Source: an uncultured Gemmatimonadales bacterium
GTDB taxonomy: Bacteria > Gemmatimonadota > Gemmatimonadetes > Gemmatimonadales > GWC2-71-9
NCBI GenBank assembly: GCA_963842945.1
Contig: CAWJIM010000004.1
Coordinates: 1 to 64,000, forward strand
Reading direction: 5' to 3'
Length of the DNA: 64,000 nt
Below are positions 35,609 to 47,232 of the stretch, piece by piece. Made by a program: the position numbers and the translations under genes. The notes under the pieces were generated by a model. The model had not been told where the DNA came from, did not search any database, and worked only from the letters and a program-made list of their open reading frames with translations. Numbering within the stretch: the stretch's first letter is position 1; each line of letters begins with the position of its first letter.

Positions 35609-38600
35609 ATGCCGCTGAATTCCTTTCATCCTGTTGTCGCTCGCTGGTTCGAGCAACGGTTCGGTGAGCCTACCGCGCCGCAGCGGCAGGGCTGGGACGC
35701 CATTCGTGCCGGGCGAGACACCCTGATCTCAGCCCCGACCGGCTCGGGCAAAACGCTGGCCGCGTTCCTCTACTCACTGGATCAACTCTTCCGTGAGGGA
35801 CTCGAGCGTCCGCTCCCGGACGAAATTCGGGTGGTCTACGTCTCTCCGCTCAAGGCTCTCAGCGCCGACATTCATCTGAATCTGGCCGAACCACGGCGAG
35901 AGATTCGCCGCCTGGCCGAGGAATCCGGTCTCGAGGCCCCCCGAATCACTGCCGCCATCAGGTCGGGTGACACTCCGGCCGCCGAGCGTGCGGCCATGCT
36001 GCGGAAACCGCCGCACATCCTGGTGACCACCCCCGAGTCGCTCTACCTGCTCCTGACGGCTCGGCGGAGCCGGGAGATGCTGCGAACGGTCCGGACGGTA
36101 ATCGTGGACGAGATCCATGCAGTCGTGGAGTCTCGCCGGGGAGCGCACCTGGCCCTCACGCTCGAGCGACTCAGCCATGTGGCCGCCCAACCGGTTCAAC
36201 GGATTGGTTTGTCCGCCACGGTAAGGCCGATAGAAGAGGTGGGGCGCTGGCTCAAGCCCGCAAGCCCTCCGGTTCTGGTCAACACCGGACACCGGCGAAC
36301 CACCGATCTGGCGCTCGAATTGACCGGTTCTCCACTGCAGGCGGTCATCTCGGGAGACGCCTGGAACGAGATCTACGATCGTCTTACCGAGCTCATCAAG
36401 GCGCACAAGACCACGATCGTCTTCGTCAACACGCGTCGCCTTGCGGAGCGGGTCTCCCGCCATCTGGCCGAGCGGCTGAGCGAAGCCGCGGTGACTGCCC
36501 ATCACGGAAGTCTGTCCAAGGAAACCAGGCTCGACGCGGAGCAGCGGCTCAAGACGGGGCAGCTTCAGGCACTGGTGGCAACCGCCTCGCTGGAGCTCGG
36601 GATCGACATTGGGCATGTCGATCTCGTTTGCCAGCTGGGGACCCCGCGCCGCATCTCGACCTTCCTCCAGCGGGTGGGCCGCTCGGGGCACACCGTGCAT
36701 GGGACACCGAAGGGCCGGCTCTTCCCGCTGACCCGGGATGAGCTGGTTGAGTGCGTTGCCATCATCCGTTCGGTGAACCGGGGAGAGCTGGACCGGATCG
36801 TGATTCGAGGCAAGCCGCTGGACGTGCTGGCTCAGCACATCGTCGCCGAAACAGCCAGCGAGGATTGGGCGGAGGACGACCTCTTCGACCTCTGCCGGCG
36901 CGCGTACCCCTACCGCGATCTGCAGCGCGCTGAGTTCGACGAGGTCGTTCAGATGCTGGCCCAGGGGTTTGCCACCCGGCGAGGACGCCGGGCCGCGCTG
37001 GTTCACCACGATGCTGTAAACCGCAGAATCAGGGGTCGGCGCGGCTCCCGCATGCTGGCTATCACTTCGGGTGGCGCCATACCGGACAACGCAGACTATC
37101 GGGTCATTCTCGAGCCGGACAACACCTTCGTAGGCACCGTGAACGAAGACTTTGCGGTCGAAAGTCTTCAGGGGGACATCTTCCAGCTGGGCAACACCTC
37201 CTGGCGCATTCTTCGGGTGTCTCAGGGCACGGTCCGGGTAGAGGATGCGCACGGACAACCGCCCAGTATTCCGTTCTGGCTGGGTGAATCGCCGGCGCGG
37301 AGCGACGAGCTGTCGGCCGCAGTGTCGGAGCTGAGGCAGGAAGTGGAGGACCGGCTGGAGAACCGGACTGAGGCGGAGGCATGGGTTTCGGCCCTGCTGA
37401 ACGGTCCCGAGTCGCCCGCTGCCGCCCACCAGCTCGTGGAGTACCTGGCCGAGTCGAAGCGGTTGCTGGGGAGCTTGCCCACGCAGCAAACCATTGTTGC
37501 CGAGCGTTTCTTCGACGAAGCCGGCGGCATGCAACTGGTGATTCACGCCCCGTTCGGGAGCCGGGTAAACCGCGCCTGGGGGCTGGCGCTCCGCAAGCGT
37601 TTCTGCCGGCAGTTCAACTTCGAGCTGCAGGCCGCGGCCACCGAGGATGCACTGCTCCTCTCGCTCGGACCGCAGCATTCCTTTCCACTGGAGAGTGTCT
37701 TCCGATTCCTCCATCCGGAAACGGTGGAAGAGATTCTGGTCCAGGCGCTTCTCGACGCGCCGATGTTCGGCACGCACTGGAGGTGGAATGCCAACATCGC
37801 CCTGGCCATTCCCAGGAGCCGCGGGGGCCGAAAGAATCCGCCCCAGATTCAGCGCATGCAAGCGGAAGACCTCCTCGCCGCGGCCTTCCCCGATGCCGCC
37901 GCCTGTCTGGAGAACATTCCCGGCGATCGGGAGGTCCCCAATCATCCGCTGGTCAAGCAAACCATCGCTGACTGCGTGCACGAGGTCATGGATCTCGACC
38001 GTCTCACCGGCCTCCTGCGTCGGATTCTCGCGGGTGAAATCCGGCTGGTGGCCCGTGATCTTCCCGAGCCTTCCCCTCTGGCCCACGAGATTCTGAATGC
38101 CAGGCCGTACGCCTTCCTCGACGACGCCCCGCTGGAGGAGCGTCGCACACAGGCGGTGTACACCAGGCGAGCCTTCGAGCCTTCCTCTGCCGACGACCTG
38201 GGTGCTCTGGATCCCGCCGCTATCGAGCAGGTGCGGGATGAGGCCTGGCCGGAGGCCGAGAATGCCGACGAGCTCCACGATGCATTGCTCACCTCGGGCT
38301 TCCTGACTGACGTCGAGGGAATTTCCGGGCGAAACGGGCTGTCTTGGGGGGCGTTCTTCCGAGAGTTGGTTGCATCGGGCCGGGCAGACCGCGTTGCACT
38401 GGGCTCGGGGTCCGCGCTCTGGCTGGCCACGGAAAGGCTGCCTGAAATACGAGCGGTCATTGGCGACGTTACGAGCGTCAGCAAGGAAGACGCCGTACGG
38501 GAACTGATCCGGGGCCGGATGGGTATCGTGGGTCCGGCGACCGCCTCACAGTTAGCTGCCTCGCTCGAGATCGAAGAAGCCGACGCAGACATCGCGCTCG

Positions 38601-39949
38601 CTGCCCTTGAAGCCGAAGGTGTCGTTCTCCGGGGCCACTTTACGCAGGGCTCGTCTCAGCTCGAGTGGTGTGACCGCCGGCTGCTTTCCAGAATCCATCG
38701 CTATACCCTGAATCGGCTGCGGGCGGAGATCGAGCCTGTCAGTGCGGCCGACTTCATGCGCTTCCTCTTCGCCTGGCAACGGATCGATCCGGAATATCGG
38801 GTAGCGGGCCTGGAAGGACTGGCGTCGCTCCTGGGCCAGCTCGATGGTCTGGACCTGCCTGCCGCAGCCTGGGAAAGCGAAGTGTTGTCCTCCCGCTGTG
38901 AGGAGTACGATCCGTCGTTGCTCGACACCCTCTGCCTCACCGGCCGGGTGGCCTGGGGCCGGCTCACAACGCCGCAACGGACCGGCGGGACCACAGGCCC
39001 GATTCGCTCGACCAGCATTGCCCTGTTTCTTCGGGAACACGCGGAGTCGTGGATTTCCGCCGACTCTGCGAGCGAGCTGCAACTCTCCGGCTACGCCGAG
39101 CGGGTCCGGGAAGTCCTGCAGCAGCGAGGAGCGTCGTTCTTCCACGAGCTGGTGGCCCGGAGCGGCCTCCTGCCCACCCAGGTGGAACAGGCGCTGTCAG
39201 AGCTCGCCGGCACAGGCCTGATCACTTCCGACAGCTTTGCCGGGCTGCGTGCCCTGATCACGCCGTCGAGCAAACGCAAGCCATTGAGTGGGGCCCGGCG
39301 GCGGCACCGGACGGCGCCCCACGGGATCGAGACTGCAGGGCGGTGGTCGTTGCTGGGCACCAGCGGCAGCGAGCCGTCAAAGGATCGGGTGGAGCTGGCC
39401 GCTCGAACCCTGCTCCGCCGCTACGGAGTAGTCTACAAGCGGCTCCTGGCGCGCGAACCGGGTGCACCACTCTGGCGGGAGCTGCTGATGGTCTATCGCC
39501 GGCTCGAGGCTCGAGGTGAGATTCGCGGCGGGCGGTTCGTCACCGGCATGTCCGGGGAGCAATTCGCTCTACCCGAAGCCGTCGGTCAGCTCCGTTCGAT
39601 CCGACGGCTGGAGGGCGGAGGCCAGCTGATCGGCATCAGTGCCGCCGATCCCCTCAACCTGACGGGCATCGTTACACCGGGAGACCGGATTCCCGCCCTC
39701 ACCAGCAATCGCGTGCTCTACCGGGATGGCGCGCCCATCCTGGCTCGCGAAGCTGGGCAGACCAGATCACTGGTGGGTGACACTGAGCCCACCGCCGACC
39801 TGGTCCATGCACTGATACGCAAGCACAGCACCGCTCAGCTCCGGTCGTATCTGGGGATGACCGGCGCGCCCGCTGCCTCCGTTCCCCTCAACCGCCGGCC
39901 CGGCAAGCGGCGGAGCGAGCGGTACGAAAAGGTGAACAGTGAACGCTGA
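35609..39949 (+). CDS. lhr: Large Lhr-family DEAH helicase with C-terminal winged-helix/AlkZ-like region
   Basis: [66 protein letters not shown]. Confidence 0.92.
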   Translation: MPLNSFHPVVARWFEQRFGEPTAPQRQGWDAIRAGRDTLISAPTGSGKTLAAFLYSLDQLFREGLERPLPDEIRVVYVSPLKALSADIHLNLAEPRREIRRLAEESGLEAPRITAAIRSGDTPAAERAAMLRKPPHILVTTPESLYLLLTARRSREMLRTVRTVIVDEIHAVVESRRGAHLALTLERLSHVAAQPVQRIGLSATVRPIEEVGRWLKPASPPVLVNTGHRRTTDLALELTGSPLQAVISGDAWNEIYDRLTELIKAHKTTIVFVNTRRLAERVSRHLAERLSEAAVTAHHGSLSKETRLDAEQRLKTGQLQALVATASLELGIDIGHVDLVCQLGTPRRISTFLQRVGRSGHTVHGTPKGRLFPLTRDELVECVAIIRSVNRGELDRIVIRGKPLDVLAQHIVAETASEDWAEDDLFDLCRRAYPYRDLQRAEFDEVVQMLAQGFATRRGRRAALVHHDAVNRRIRGRRGSRMLAITSGGAIPDNADYRVILEPDNTFVGTVNEDFAVESLQGDIFQLGNTSWRILRVSQGTVRVEDAHGQPPSIPFWLGESPARSDELSAAVSELRQEVEDRLENRTEAEAWVSALLNGPESPAAAHQLVEYLAESKRLLGSLPTQQTIVAERFFDEAGGMQLVIHAPFGSRVNRAWGLALRKRFCRQFNFELQAAATEDALLLSLGPQHSFPLESVFRFLHPETVEEILVQALLDAPMFGTHWRWNANIALAIPRSRGGRKNPPQIQRMQAEDLLAAAFPDAAACLENIPGDREVPNHPLVKQTIADCVHEVMDLDRLTGLLRRILAGEIRLVARDLPEPSPLAHEILNARPYAFLDDAPLEERRTQAVYTRRAFEPSSADDLGALDPAAIEQVRDEAWPEAENADELHDALLTSGFLTDVEGISGRNGLSWGAFFRELVASGRADRVALGSGSALWLATERLPEIRAVIGDVTSVSKEDAVRELIRGRMGIVGPATASQLAASLEIEEADADIALAALEAEGVVLRGHFTQGSSQLEWCDRRLLSRIHRYTLNRLRAEIEPVSAADFMRFLFAWQRIDPEYRVAGLEGLASLLGQLDGLDLPAAAWESEVLSSRCEEYDPSLLDTLCLTGRVAWGRLTTPQRTGGTTGPIRSTSIALFLREHAESWISADSASELQLSGYAERVREVLQQRGASFFHELVARSGLLPTQVEQALSELAGTGLITSDSFAGLRALITPSSKRKPLSGARRRHRTAPHGIETAGRWSLLGTSGSEPSKDRVELAARTLLRRYGVVYKRLLAREPGAPLWRELLMVYRRLEARGEIRGGRFVTGMSGEQFALPEAVGQLRSIRRLEGGGQLIGISAADPLNLTGIVTPGDRIPALTSNRVLYRDGAPILAREAGQTRSLVGDTEPTADLVHALIRKHSTAQLRSYLGMTGAPAASVPLNRRPGKRRSERYEKVNSER

Positions 39950-39964
39950 CTTCTGATTCCGCCC

Positions 39965-40354
39965 ATGCGCTTCCCTGCCCTCGGCCAGTTCAGTGATCTC
40001 GCCCTGTTGTTGATGCGGCTCCTGGTGGGAGCGGTCTTCATCTCGAGCGGATGGAGTCACATCAAAGATCCGGTCACCCGGGGGAAGAGCATCGGCGTAA
40101 GTCCAGGGTTGACCCGGTTTCTCGGGCTGGCCGAGTTGTTTGGCGGGGCTGGTGTCGCCCTCGGTATTCTGCCTCAGCTGGCGGCACTGGGACTCATCCT
40201 CGTCATGCTCGGCGCCATCCAGAAAAAGATCTTCGTGTGGCATACGGGGTTCTGGGGAAAATCGAGCGACGGATGGCACTACGATCTGCTGTTCGTCGTG
40301 ATGTGTCTGGTAATCGCCACCACTGGCGGAGGACGCTTCGTTCTGTTCCCTTGA
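39965..40354 (+). CDS. DoxX family membrane protein
   Basis: LLLMRLLVGAVF..GWSHI, LAELFGG, GWHYDLL, TGGGRF. Confidence 0.85.
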   Translation: MRFPALGQFSDLALLLMRLLVGAVFISSGWSHIKDPVTRGKSIGVSPGLTRFLGLAELFGGAGVALGILPQLAALGLILVMLGAIQKKIFVWHTGFWGKSSDGWHYDLLFVVMCLVIATTGGGRFVLFP

Positions 40355-40423
40355 GCGCGCTGCCTCAGCGGAATCACAGCTCCATAGCCATTTTAATTCC
40401 GGCCACTCAACCAGGAGCACCGA

Positions 40424-40873
40424 ATGCGCCAATTCGCTTTTGCCGCAGCCACATTCTTGCTGATCGCGACTCTCGGCTGCCGGAAGCAGCGGTCCAATGA
40501 TACCGGCGGGGTTAGCGACACGGCCACTACTCCACCCGCAGCCACCACTGCAGCCGCGCCGGCGGCAGACGATACGGCCACCGCCCCTCCCGAGTTCACC
40601 TTCGATCAGCGGCAGAACTTCGTTCAGTCCATTCGGCAGCAGCTCACCGAGATCGATCGCCAGATCGAGGAGCTGTCGGCCCAGGCCAAGTCACGCGGTG
40701 GCGCCGTCAGCGACCGAGCACTCACCAACGTCCGGACCGCACGCCGGACCGTGGACCGTGATCTGAGCCGGGTAAACGCCGCGACCGCCGCGAACTGGGA
40801 GCAGGTTAGGCAGGGCGTGACCCGGTCGGTCGAGAACCTGAATGAAGCGATCGAGGTGGCGCAACCGAAGTAA
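40424..40873 (+). CDS. Hypothetical lipoprotein with helical domain
   Basis: Lipobox TLGC, T/A-rich linker, ATAANWEQVRQG. Confidence 0.75.
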   Translation: MRQFAFAAATFLLIATLGCRKQRSNDTGGVSDTATTPPAATTAAAPAADDTATAPPEFTFDQRQNFVQSIRQQLTEIDRQIEELSAQAKSRGGAVSDRALTNVRTARRTVDRDLSRVNAATAANWEQVRQGVTRSVENLNEAIEVAQPK

Positions 40874-43492
40874 TGAGCAGCCACGACGCTCTGGCCGACC
40901 GCTTCCGGGTCGAGCGTGAGCTCGGCCGCGGCGGCATGGCAACAGTTTTTCTGGCCCACGATGTGAAGCAGGACCGGCTGGTCGCACTCAAGATCATCCA
41001 TCCCCACATTGCGGCCGGCCTCGGGCCCGAGCGCTTTCTTCGCGAGATCAAGCTCACGGCCAAGCTTCGTCACCCGCACATCCTGCCGCTCTTCGACTCC
41101 GGCGAGATCTCGGGGCAGCTGTGGTATACCATGCCTTACATCGAAGGCGGATCGTTGCGCCAGCGGCTCACCCGCGAGGGCCGTCTCCCCTGGGAGCAGG
41201 CGCTCGATCTAGGGGAGGACGTCCTGGCCGCCCTGAGCTACGCCCACCAGCAGGGCATCATTCATCGAGACATCAAGCCGGAGAACATTCTGCTCGAGGG
41301 AGGCGAGGCCGTGCTCGCCGATTTCGGCATTGCTCAGGCGATCAGCGCTGCCGGGGCGGAGCGGCTGACCGGAACCGGCGTGGCTATTGGAACTCTGGCC
41401 TACATGAGCCCGGAGCAGGCCGCGGCCGATGGAAACGTCGATGGGCGGAGCGACCTGTACTCGCTCGGCTGCGTGCTTTACGAGACGATTGCCGGCCATG
41501 CTCCGTTTTCCGGCTCGCCTCAATCCATCGTCGCGCAGCATCTCACCGCCCGCCCGCCGCCGCTCTCACTTCCCTCGAAGTCATTCCCGCCGGACATCTC
41601 CGGCGTCATCGAGACATCGCTGGCCAAGGACCCGGTCAATCGCTTTCCCGACGCCCTTGCGTTCACGTCTGCGTTGGAGGCAGCCCGTTCACGCCGGCCG
41701 ACGGCCACCCGCAAGCCGGCGGTGCTGCTCGGCCTCGCCATTCTCGGCCTGCTGGGACTCACCTTCTATGCCGGCCGGCGGATCCCATCGGCCGCGGTGG
41801 CCAGCGGATCAGTGGCCTCCGGACTCAATCGCCGTCTCACGCAGCTCACCTTCAGCGAAGGCCTGGAGGAGTGGCCCGCCTGGTCGCCGGATGGAGCCCG
41901 CCTCGCGTATGTCGCGGAGTCCGGCGGATATCGTCACCTGTTCGTGAGAACCCTGGCCACCGGCGCGGAGCGCAGGATCACCCAGCAGTCACGCGACGAC
42001 ATCCAACCCGCGTGGGCCCCCGACGGGCAGCACCTGGTCTTCGTCCGGGCCAGCACCAGCGGTGGCCGGCTGGAGCCGAGCGACATCAATGGCGTGTACA
42101 ACGAGGGCGGTGATATCTGGCAGGTGGATCTCGAGACCGGGCGCGAAACCCGGCTGGTGCAGGACGGATTCAATCCGGCATACGCTCCGGTCGGCGGGCG
42201 GCTGGCGTTCGATGCGACGTATGCGGGGGGCCGCCGGATCTGGGTTGCCGACAGTGGGGGCCGGAACCCGCGCCAAGTCACGTCCGATTCCAGTGAGGCC
42301 GTGGTCCATAGCGAGCCGCGCTGGGCGCCCGACGGCAGGAGGATCGTGTTTCGCCGGGTGGAAAAGATCAAGTCGGACATTCTGACGGTCGACCTCGATA
42401 CCCGGGGCATGAATCGGGTCACTGACGACAACGTCTTGGACATGGACCCTGTCTGGGCCGCCGACGGGTTGCACATCTACTTCGCCTCGTCTCGCGGGGG
42501 CGGGCTCAATCTCTGGCGCATTCGTGCTCACTGCTGCGGGCACAGCGGCCGGCTCGCCGGAGCAGCTCACCACCGGCGCCGGTGATGACATCCAACCGAC
42601 GCTGTCGCCCAAGGGAGACCGGCTTGCCTTCGCGGTTCGGGGGGTAAACTCCGATCTCTGGCGCATGCCCCTCAATCCCACAACGGGTCAGCCGAGTGGG
42701 CCTCCAGCGCCGGTGGTCATGACCACGCGGGTGGAAAGCCGAGGTTCGTGGGCACCGGACGGAAAGTCGATCGCCTTCAACTCCGACCGGCTGGGAGAGA
42801 TGAACATCTGGCTCCGCAGCCTGACCGACAGCACCGAACGGCAGCTGACCCGCGGCCCCGGCGGTGACTATCAGCCAAACTGGTCGCCCGATGGTCAGAC
42901 GCTGGTGTTCTTCTCTGCCCGAAGCGGCAACGCCGATATCTGGGCGGTGACGGTGGCGGATGGCAAACTCACCCAGCTGACCCACGACCCTGAAACCGAT
43001 ACCAACCCCTTCTATTCACCGGACGGCAAGCAGATTGCTTTCGTCTCCGATCGGGATGGCCGGGCAGAGATCTGGACGATCGGGGCCGACGGCGCCAACC
43101 CCCGACGTGTCACCTCCATCGGAGTAGGAGGACACTTCCTGCGATGGACCGCGGACGGGCAGTCGATCGTATTCCGGGCGGAGACCGGTGCCCAGATTCA
43201 GATCTATAGCGTCTCGCTTCGCGACGGCGCTCTGACGCGGCTGCCGGATGTTGCCAGCGGCGCTCACATGTCCTTCTCTCCGTCCCATTCGTTCATTCTG
43301 GACGTGAAAGGACACAAGGCGCTCTGGATCTTCCCGGTAAACGGACGCAGACCCGGGCAACAGATTTTCGCTTTTCCCAATCCTGAGATCAGAATCGACT
43401 ACCCGGCCTGGTCGCCCGATGGGGGTTGGGTTCTATTCGATCGGGCGGCGCCCAAGGGCGGCGATTTGTGGCTGTCGGAGGCCTCTCGCTAG
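40873..43492 (+). CDS. Hanks-type Ser/Thr kinase with TM helix and TolB/PD40 beta-propellers; indel near 42525
   Basis: ERELGRGGMATV, HRDIKPEN, DFG, YMSPEQ; repeated PxWSPDG motifs continue in the 42524-43492 frame. Confidence 0.88.
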
Positions 43493-43496
43493 GGCA

Positions 43497-45047
43497 ATGC
43501 AGCTGGTACGCCTGGTTGAGACATCGAGGCGGGTCTCCGAAACCAGCGGCAGGCTGGAGAAGATCGGACAGCTCGCCGCTCTGCTGAGCAACCTGTCTCC
43601 CGAAGAAATCGATATTGCGGTTGCCTTCCTGTCCGGATCCTACCGACAACAGAAGCTCAACATCGGCTACGCCGCGCTGCAGGCCGCCTCGCGGGGTAAT
43701 GCGGCGGAGCTGCCCAGCCTCGAGCTCACGGAGGTGGATGCGATCTTTGAACGGATTGCCAGAGTGCCCCCGGGTAAAGGCTCCACGGCCGAGCGCCAGC
43801 GCCTCCTGGGTGAGCTCTTCGCCCGGGCGACGGCGGCAGAGCAGGATTTCCTGTTCCGGCTGGTGGTGGGGGAGCTCCGGCAGGGCGCGGTCGAGGGGCT
43901 GATGCTCGAGGCGGTAGCGAGGGCAGCCCAGGTCCCGCCGGAGGAGGTGCGACGGGCCCGGATGATGGCTGGGGATCTCCCCAGCGTAGCCCGGACAGCG
44001 CTGACCGGTGGCCGGAGTGCCCTGAGCGCCTTTGCCACTCAGCTCTTTCGGCCGCTGCACCCGATGCTCGCGGGCTCCGCCGATGCTCCCGAGCTGGCGA
44101 TGAATGAGCTGGGAGAGGCCCTGCTGGAGTACAAGCTCGACGGCGCGCGCATCCAGGTGCACAAGGCCGGAGAGCAGGTTGCGGTCTATTCCCGCCGGCT
44201 GAACGATGTCACCGCCGCGGTACCGGAGCTGGTCGCAGCCGTGCGAGCGCTACCGGCCCGGGAGCTCATTCTGGACGGAGAGGTCATCGCGCTCCGGCCC
44301 GACGGGACACCGTACCCGTTTCAGATTACCATGAGCCGGTTTGGCCGAAAGCTCGACATCGAGCGCCTGCACCGCGAGCTGCCGCTCACTCCTTTCTTCT
44401 TCGATCTGCTTTACGCCGATGGCGGCGCCCTGATCGACCAGGCGGCGCGTCAGCGACTCTCCACCTTGTCGGAGATGGTCCCTCCCTCAATGGTGGTTCC
44501 CCGCCTGGTGACTGGGTCCACCGAGGAGGCAACTCGCTTCCTTCAGACCGCGATGGAGCGGGGACATGAAGGCATCATGGCGAAAGCTCTGGACGCGCCG
44601 TATCAGGCGGGACACCGGGGACGGCATTGGCTCAAGGTAAAGCCGGCTAACACGCTCGATCTCGTGGTGCTGGCGGCAGAGTGGGGACACGGGCGGCGGC
44701 ACGGCTGGCTCAGCAATCTTCATCTGGGCGCCCGGAACCCAACCGATGGCGGCTTCGTAATGCTGGGGAAGACCTTCAAGGGCATGACCGATGAGATGCT
44801 CGAGTGGCAGACCAGGCGGCTCTTGGAGCTGGAGCTGGCCCGGGACGGGATCACGGTCTACGTTCGGCCCGAGCTGGTGGTTGAGGTGGCGTTCAATGAG
44901 GTCCAGGGGAGCACGCAGTATCCTGGTGGGGTGGCGCTTCGCTTCGCCCGAATCAAACGATATCGAAGCGACAAGACCGCGGACCAGGCAGACACCATAG
45001 GCACCGTGCAGGAGCTCTACCGGCGCTTGACCGGAATCGAGCTCTGA
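43497..45047 (+). CDS. ATP-dependent DNA ligase (LigB/archaeal-like, with N-terminal DNA-binding domain)
   Basis: GELRQG, PMLA, EYKLDGARIQVH, LDGE, EGIMAK, WLKVK, ALRFAR. Confidence 0.92.
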   Translation: MQLVRLVETSRRVSETSGRLEKIGQLAALLSNLSPEEIDIAVAFLSGSYRQQKLNIGYAALQAASRGNAAELPSLELTEVDAIFERIARVPPGKGSTAERQRLLGELFARATAAEQDFLFRLVVGELRQGAVEGLMLEAVARAAQVPPEEVRRARMMAGDLPSVARTALTGGRSALSAFATQLFRPLHPMLAGSADAPELAMNELGEALLEYKLDGARIQVHKAGEQVAVYSRRLNDVTAAVPELVAAVRALPARELILDGEVIALRPDGTPYPFQITMSRFGRKLDIERLHRELPLTPFFFDLLYADGGALIDQAARQRLSTLSEMVPPSMVVPRLVTGSTEEATRFLQTAMERGHEGIMAKALDAPYQAGHRGRHWLKVKPANTLDLVVLAAEWGHGRRHGWLSNLHLGARNPTDGGFVMLGKTFKGMTDEMLEWQTRRLLELELARDGITVYVRPELVVEVAFNEVQGSTQYPGGVALRFARIKRYRSDKTADQADTIGTVQELYRRLTGIEL

Positions 45048-45072
45048 CACAATCGATCGCGGGAGAAATCAG

Positions 45073-46089
45073 ATGCGCGTAACGCTTTCGGCGGTTTCCG
45101 CTCTTCTTGGCTTGTTGCCGCAATGGTCTCGTCCGGCCATTGCCCTGGCTCAGGTGCCCATCAAGGAATGGCCGGTTCCGTATTCCAGCTCGCGGCCCCG
45201 TGACCCATACATCGATAGCCAGAACCGCGTCTGGTTTGTGGGACAGGTGGGGAACTACGTCGCCTACCTGGACCCGGCAACTGGCAAGTTCCGGCGCTAC
45301 GAGATCGACGAGGGCACCCTGCCCCACAATCTGATTGTGGATCGGAACGACATGGTCTGGTATGCCGGCAACGGGAACGGGCACATCGGCAAGCTGGATC
45401 CGAAGACCGGCAAGATCACGCGATACCCCATGCCAGATCCCGAGGCGGGCGACCCGCACACCCTGGTCTTCGATAAGAAGGGCGACATCTGGTTCACGGT
45501 GCAGAACGGCAACTTCGTCGGCCGGCTAAATACCGGGACCGGCAAGGTAGATCTGATCAGGGTGGCCACGCCGGGCGCGCGACCCTACGGCATCAAGGTG
45601 GACTCCAAGGGCCGGCCCTGGTTCAACGAATTCGGCAGCGACAAGATCGCCATGGTGGATCCAGCCACGCTCAAGATCCGGGAGTATAGTCTGCCGAACA
45701 GCAAGTCCAGGGGACGGCGCATGGCGATCACCAGCGACGATCGCGTGTGGTACGTCGATTACACCCGCGGCTTCCTCGGCCGGCTCGATCCCGCAACAGA
45801 GCAGTTCAAGGAGTGGGCCTTGCCCGGTGGTCCAGCCGCTCTTCCTTATGCCATGACCTCGGACGACAAGGACCGGATCTGGCTGGTGGAGACCGGTTCT
45901 CAGCCCAACCGCCTGGTGGGTTTCGATCCCAAGACCGAGAAATTCTTCGGGGTCACCCCCATTCCGAGCGGCGGCGGCACTGTGCGGCACATGATGTTCG
46001 ACGAGAAAGGCGGGCAGATCTGGTTCGGCACCGACAACAACACCATCGGCCGGGCGGAGGTCAGCAAGAAGGGTGACATGTCATCCTGA
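45073..46089 (+). CDS. Secreted Vgb (virginiamycin B lyase)-like beta-propeller protein
   Basis: Signal peptide; repeats of P..L.D.xx.VWF...G.LDP.TG. Confidence 0.85.
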   Translation: MRVTLSAVSALLGLLPQWSRPAIALAQVPIKEWPVPYSSSRPRDPYIDSQNRVWFVGQVGNYVAYLDPATGKFRRYEIDEGTLPHNLIVDRNDMVWYAGNGNGHIGKLDPKTGKITRYPMPDPEAGDPHTLVFDKKGDIWFTVQNGNFVGRLNTGTGKVDLIRVATPGARPYGIKVDSKGRPWFNEFGSDKIAMVDPATLKIREYSLPNSKSRGRRMAITSDDRVWYVDYTRGFLGRLDPATEQFKEWALPGGPAALPYAMTSDDKDRIWLVETGSQPNRLVGFDPKTEKFFGVTPIPSGGGTVRHMMFDEKGGQIWFGTDNNTIGRAEVSKKGDMSS

Positions 46090-46186
46090 AGGAGGACACG
46101 GGGACTCTACCACCTAAGCGGTCTGCAGGTTACAGTTCCACTCTCGCCTACAGGCCCCCCTCCCAAGTGGCGACAGGAGTGCAACT

Positions 46187-46567
46187 GTGCTGCTCCCGTC
46201 GACGACCATCCTAGTCGTAGATGACAATCCGTATGCCCGCGCTTTCATTGCTGGTGTGCTTCGCGATGGAGGGTACGACGTCGTTGAAGCGCACGATGGA
46301 CCCGAGGCGCTGCGGATGGTACCCACGATGCCAGCGCTTCAACTGCTGGTCACCGATGTGGTGATGCCGGGGCTGAGCGGCTTCGAGCTGGCATCTCATA
46401 TCGTCGCGGCCTGCAATGTGCCGGTTCTCTTCGTGTCTGCCTATCCGCAGAGCGATACCGATATCCCGGGGCCTCTTCTGCAAAAACCTTTCACTCCGGA
46501 AGCCCTGCTGAACGGAGTCGCACAGCTGCTCGCCTGGACCCATCTCTCAGACAAGAGAACGGCCTAG
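46187..46567 (+). CDS. Single-domain response regulator
   Basis: ILVVDD, LLVTDVVMPGLSG, LFVSAY, LQKPF. Confidence 0.9.
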   Translation: MLLPSTTILVVDDNPYARAFIAGVLRDGGYDVVEAHDGPEALRMVPTMPALQLLVTDVVMPGLSGFELASHIVAACNVPVLFVSAYPQSDTDIPGPLLQKPFTPEALLNGVAQLLAWTHLSDKRTA

Positions 46568-46658
46568 TCGGGCGTTACCGCCTGAGATGGACGGCGTCGC
46601 GCGGCCGCGGCTTCCAAAGTAGCTTTTCGTCGTCCCCCAAAACTCAACCGGAGGCCCC

Positions 46659-47213
46659 ATGGTCAGCCTGGGTTCGCTTTGGCTTCCTATCCTCCTTTCA
46701 GCAGTCTTCGTCTTCATCGCCAGCGCCATCATCCACATGGTCCTCAAGTACCACAACAGGGACTACACCCGTCTGCCCAACGAGGACGCGGTGCGCGGGG
46801 CCATGCGGGGCAGCAAGCCGGCGCAGTACATCATTCCCTACTGCTCCGAGATGAACCAGATGAAGACCCCGGAGATGCAGCAGAAGTACACCGAGGGTCC
46901 GGTGGCGGTGATCAGCGTCATGCAGTCCGGTGTGCCGAACATGGGGAAGTCGCTGACCCAGTGGTTCATCTTCAGCCTGGCGGTGTCGCTGTTTCTCGCC
47001 TACCTCGCAGCGCATGCCATCCCCGCGGGTGCGCCCTACCTGCAGGTATTCCGGATCGTGGGCGCGGCGGGATTTCTGGCCTACGGCGCCAGCCAGGTGC
47101 AGCAATCCATCTGGTGGGGCAAGCCATGGCGGAACACCTGGAAGGACGTGTTCGACGGGCTGGTGTACGGGCTGGTAACAGCGGGGACCTTCGGTTGGCT
47201 CTGGCCGCGGTAA
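46659..47213 (+). CDS. Conserved hypothetical membrane protein
   Basis: GGAGG RBS; four hydrophobic segments; IHMVLKYH, SIWWGKPW, FGWLWP. Confidence 0.8.
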   Translation: MVSLGSLWLPILLSAVFVFIASAIIHMVLKYHNRDYTRLPNEDAVRGAMRGSKPAQYIIPYCSEMNQMKTPEMQQKYTEGPVAVISVMQSGVPNMGKSLTQWFIFSLAVSLFLAYLAAHAIPAGAPYLQVFRIVGAAGFLAYGASQVQQSIWWGKPWRNTWKDVFDGLVYGLVTAGTFGWLWPR

Positions 47214-47232
47214 TCATTTCCGGAGGCGCGTT

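Noticed and set aside
35774..38278. Long antisense ORFs (834 aa here, also 14166-15365 and 26342-27727)
   Set aside because: Shadow ORFs expected opposite real genes in high-GC DNA, with no recognisable motifs.
45073..46089. Streptogramin B resistance gene
   Set aside because: It has a Vgb-like fold, but the signal peptide and broad distribution of such propellers mean resistance cannot be inferred from sequence alone.
46166..46186. TGGCGA-CAGGA-GTGCA as a sigma54 promoter
   Set aside because: Too close to the response-regulator start, so transcription would begin inside the gene. The AGGAG is better read as an RBS.
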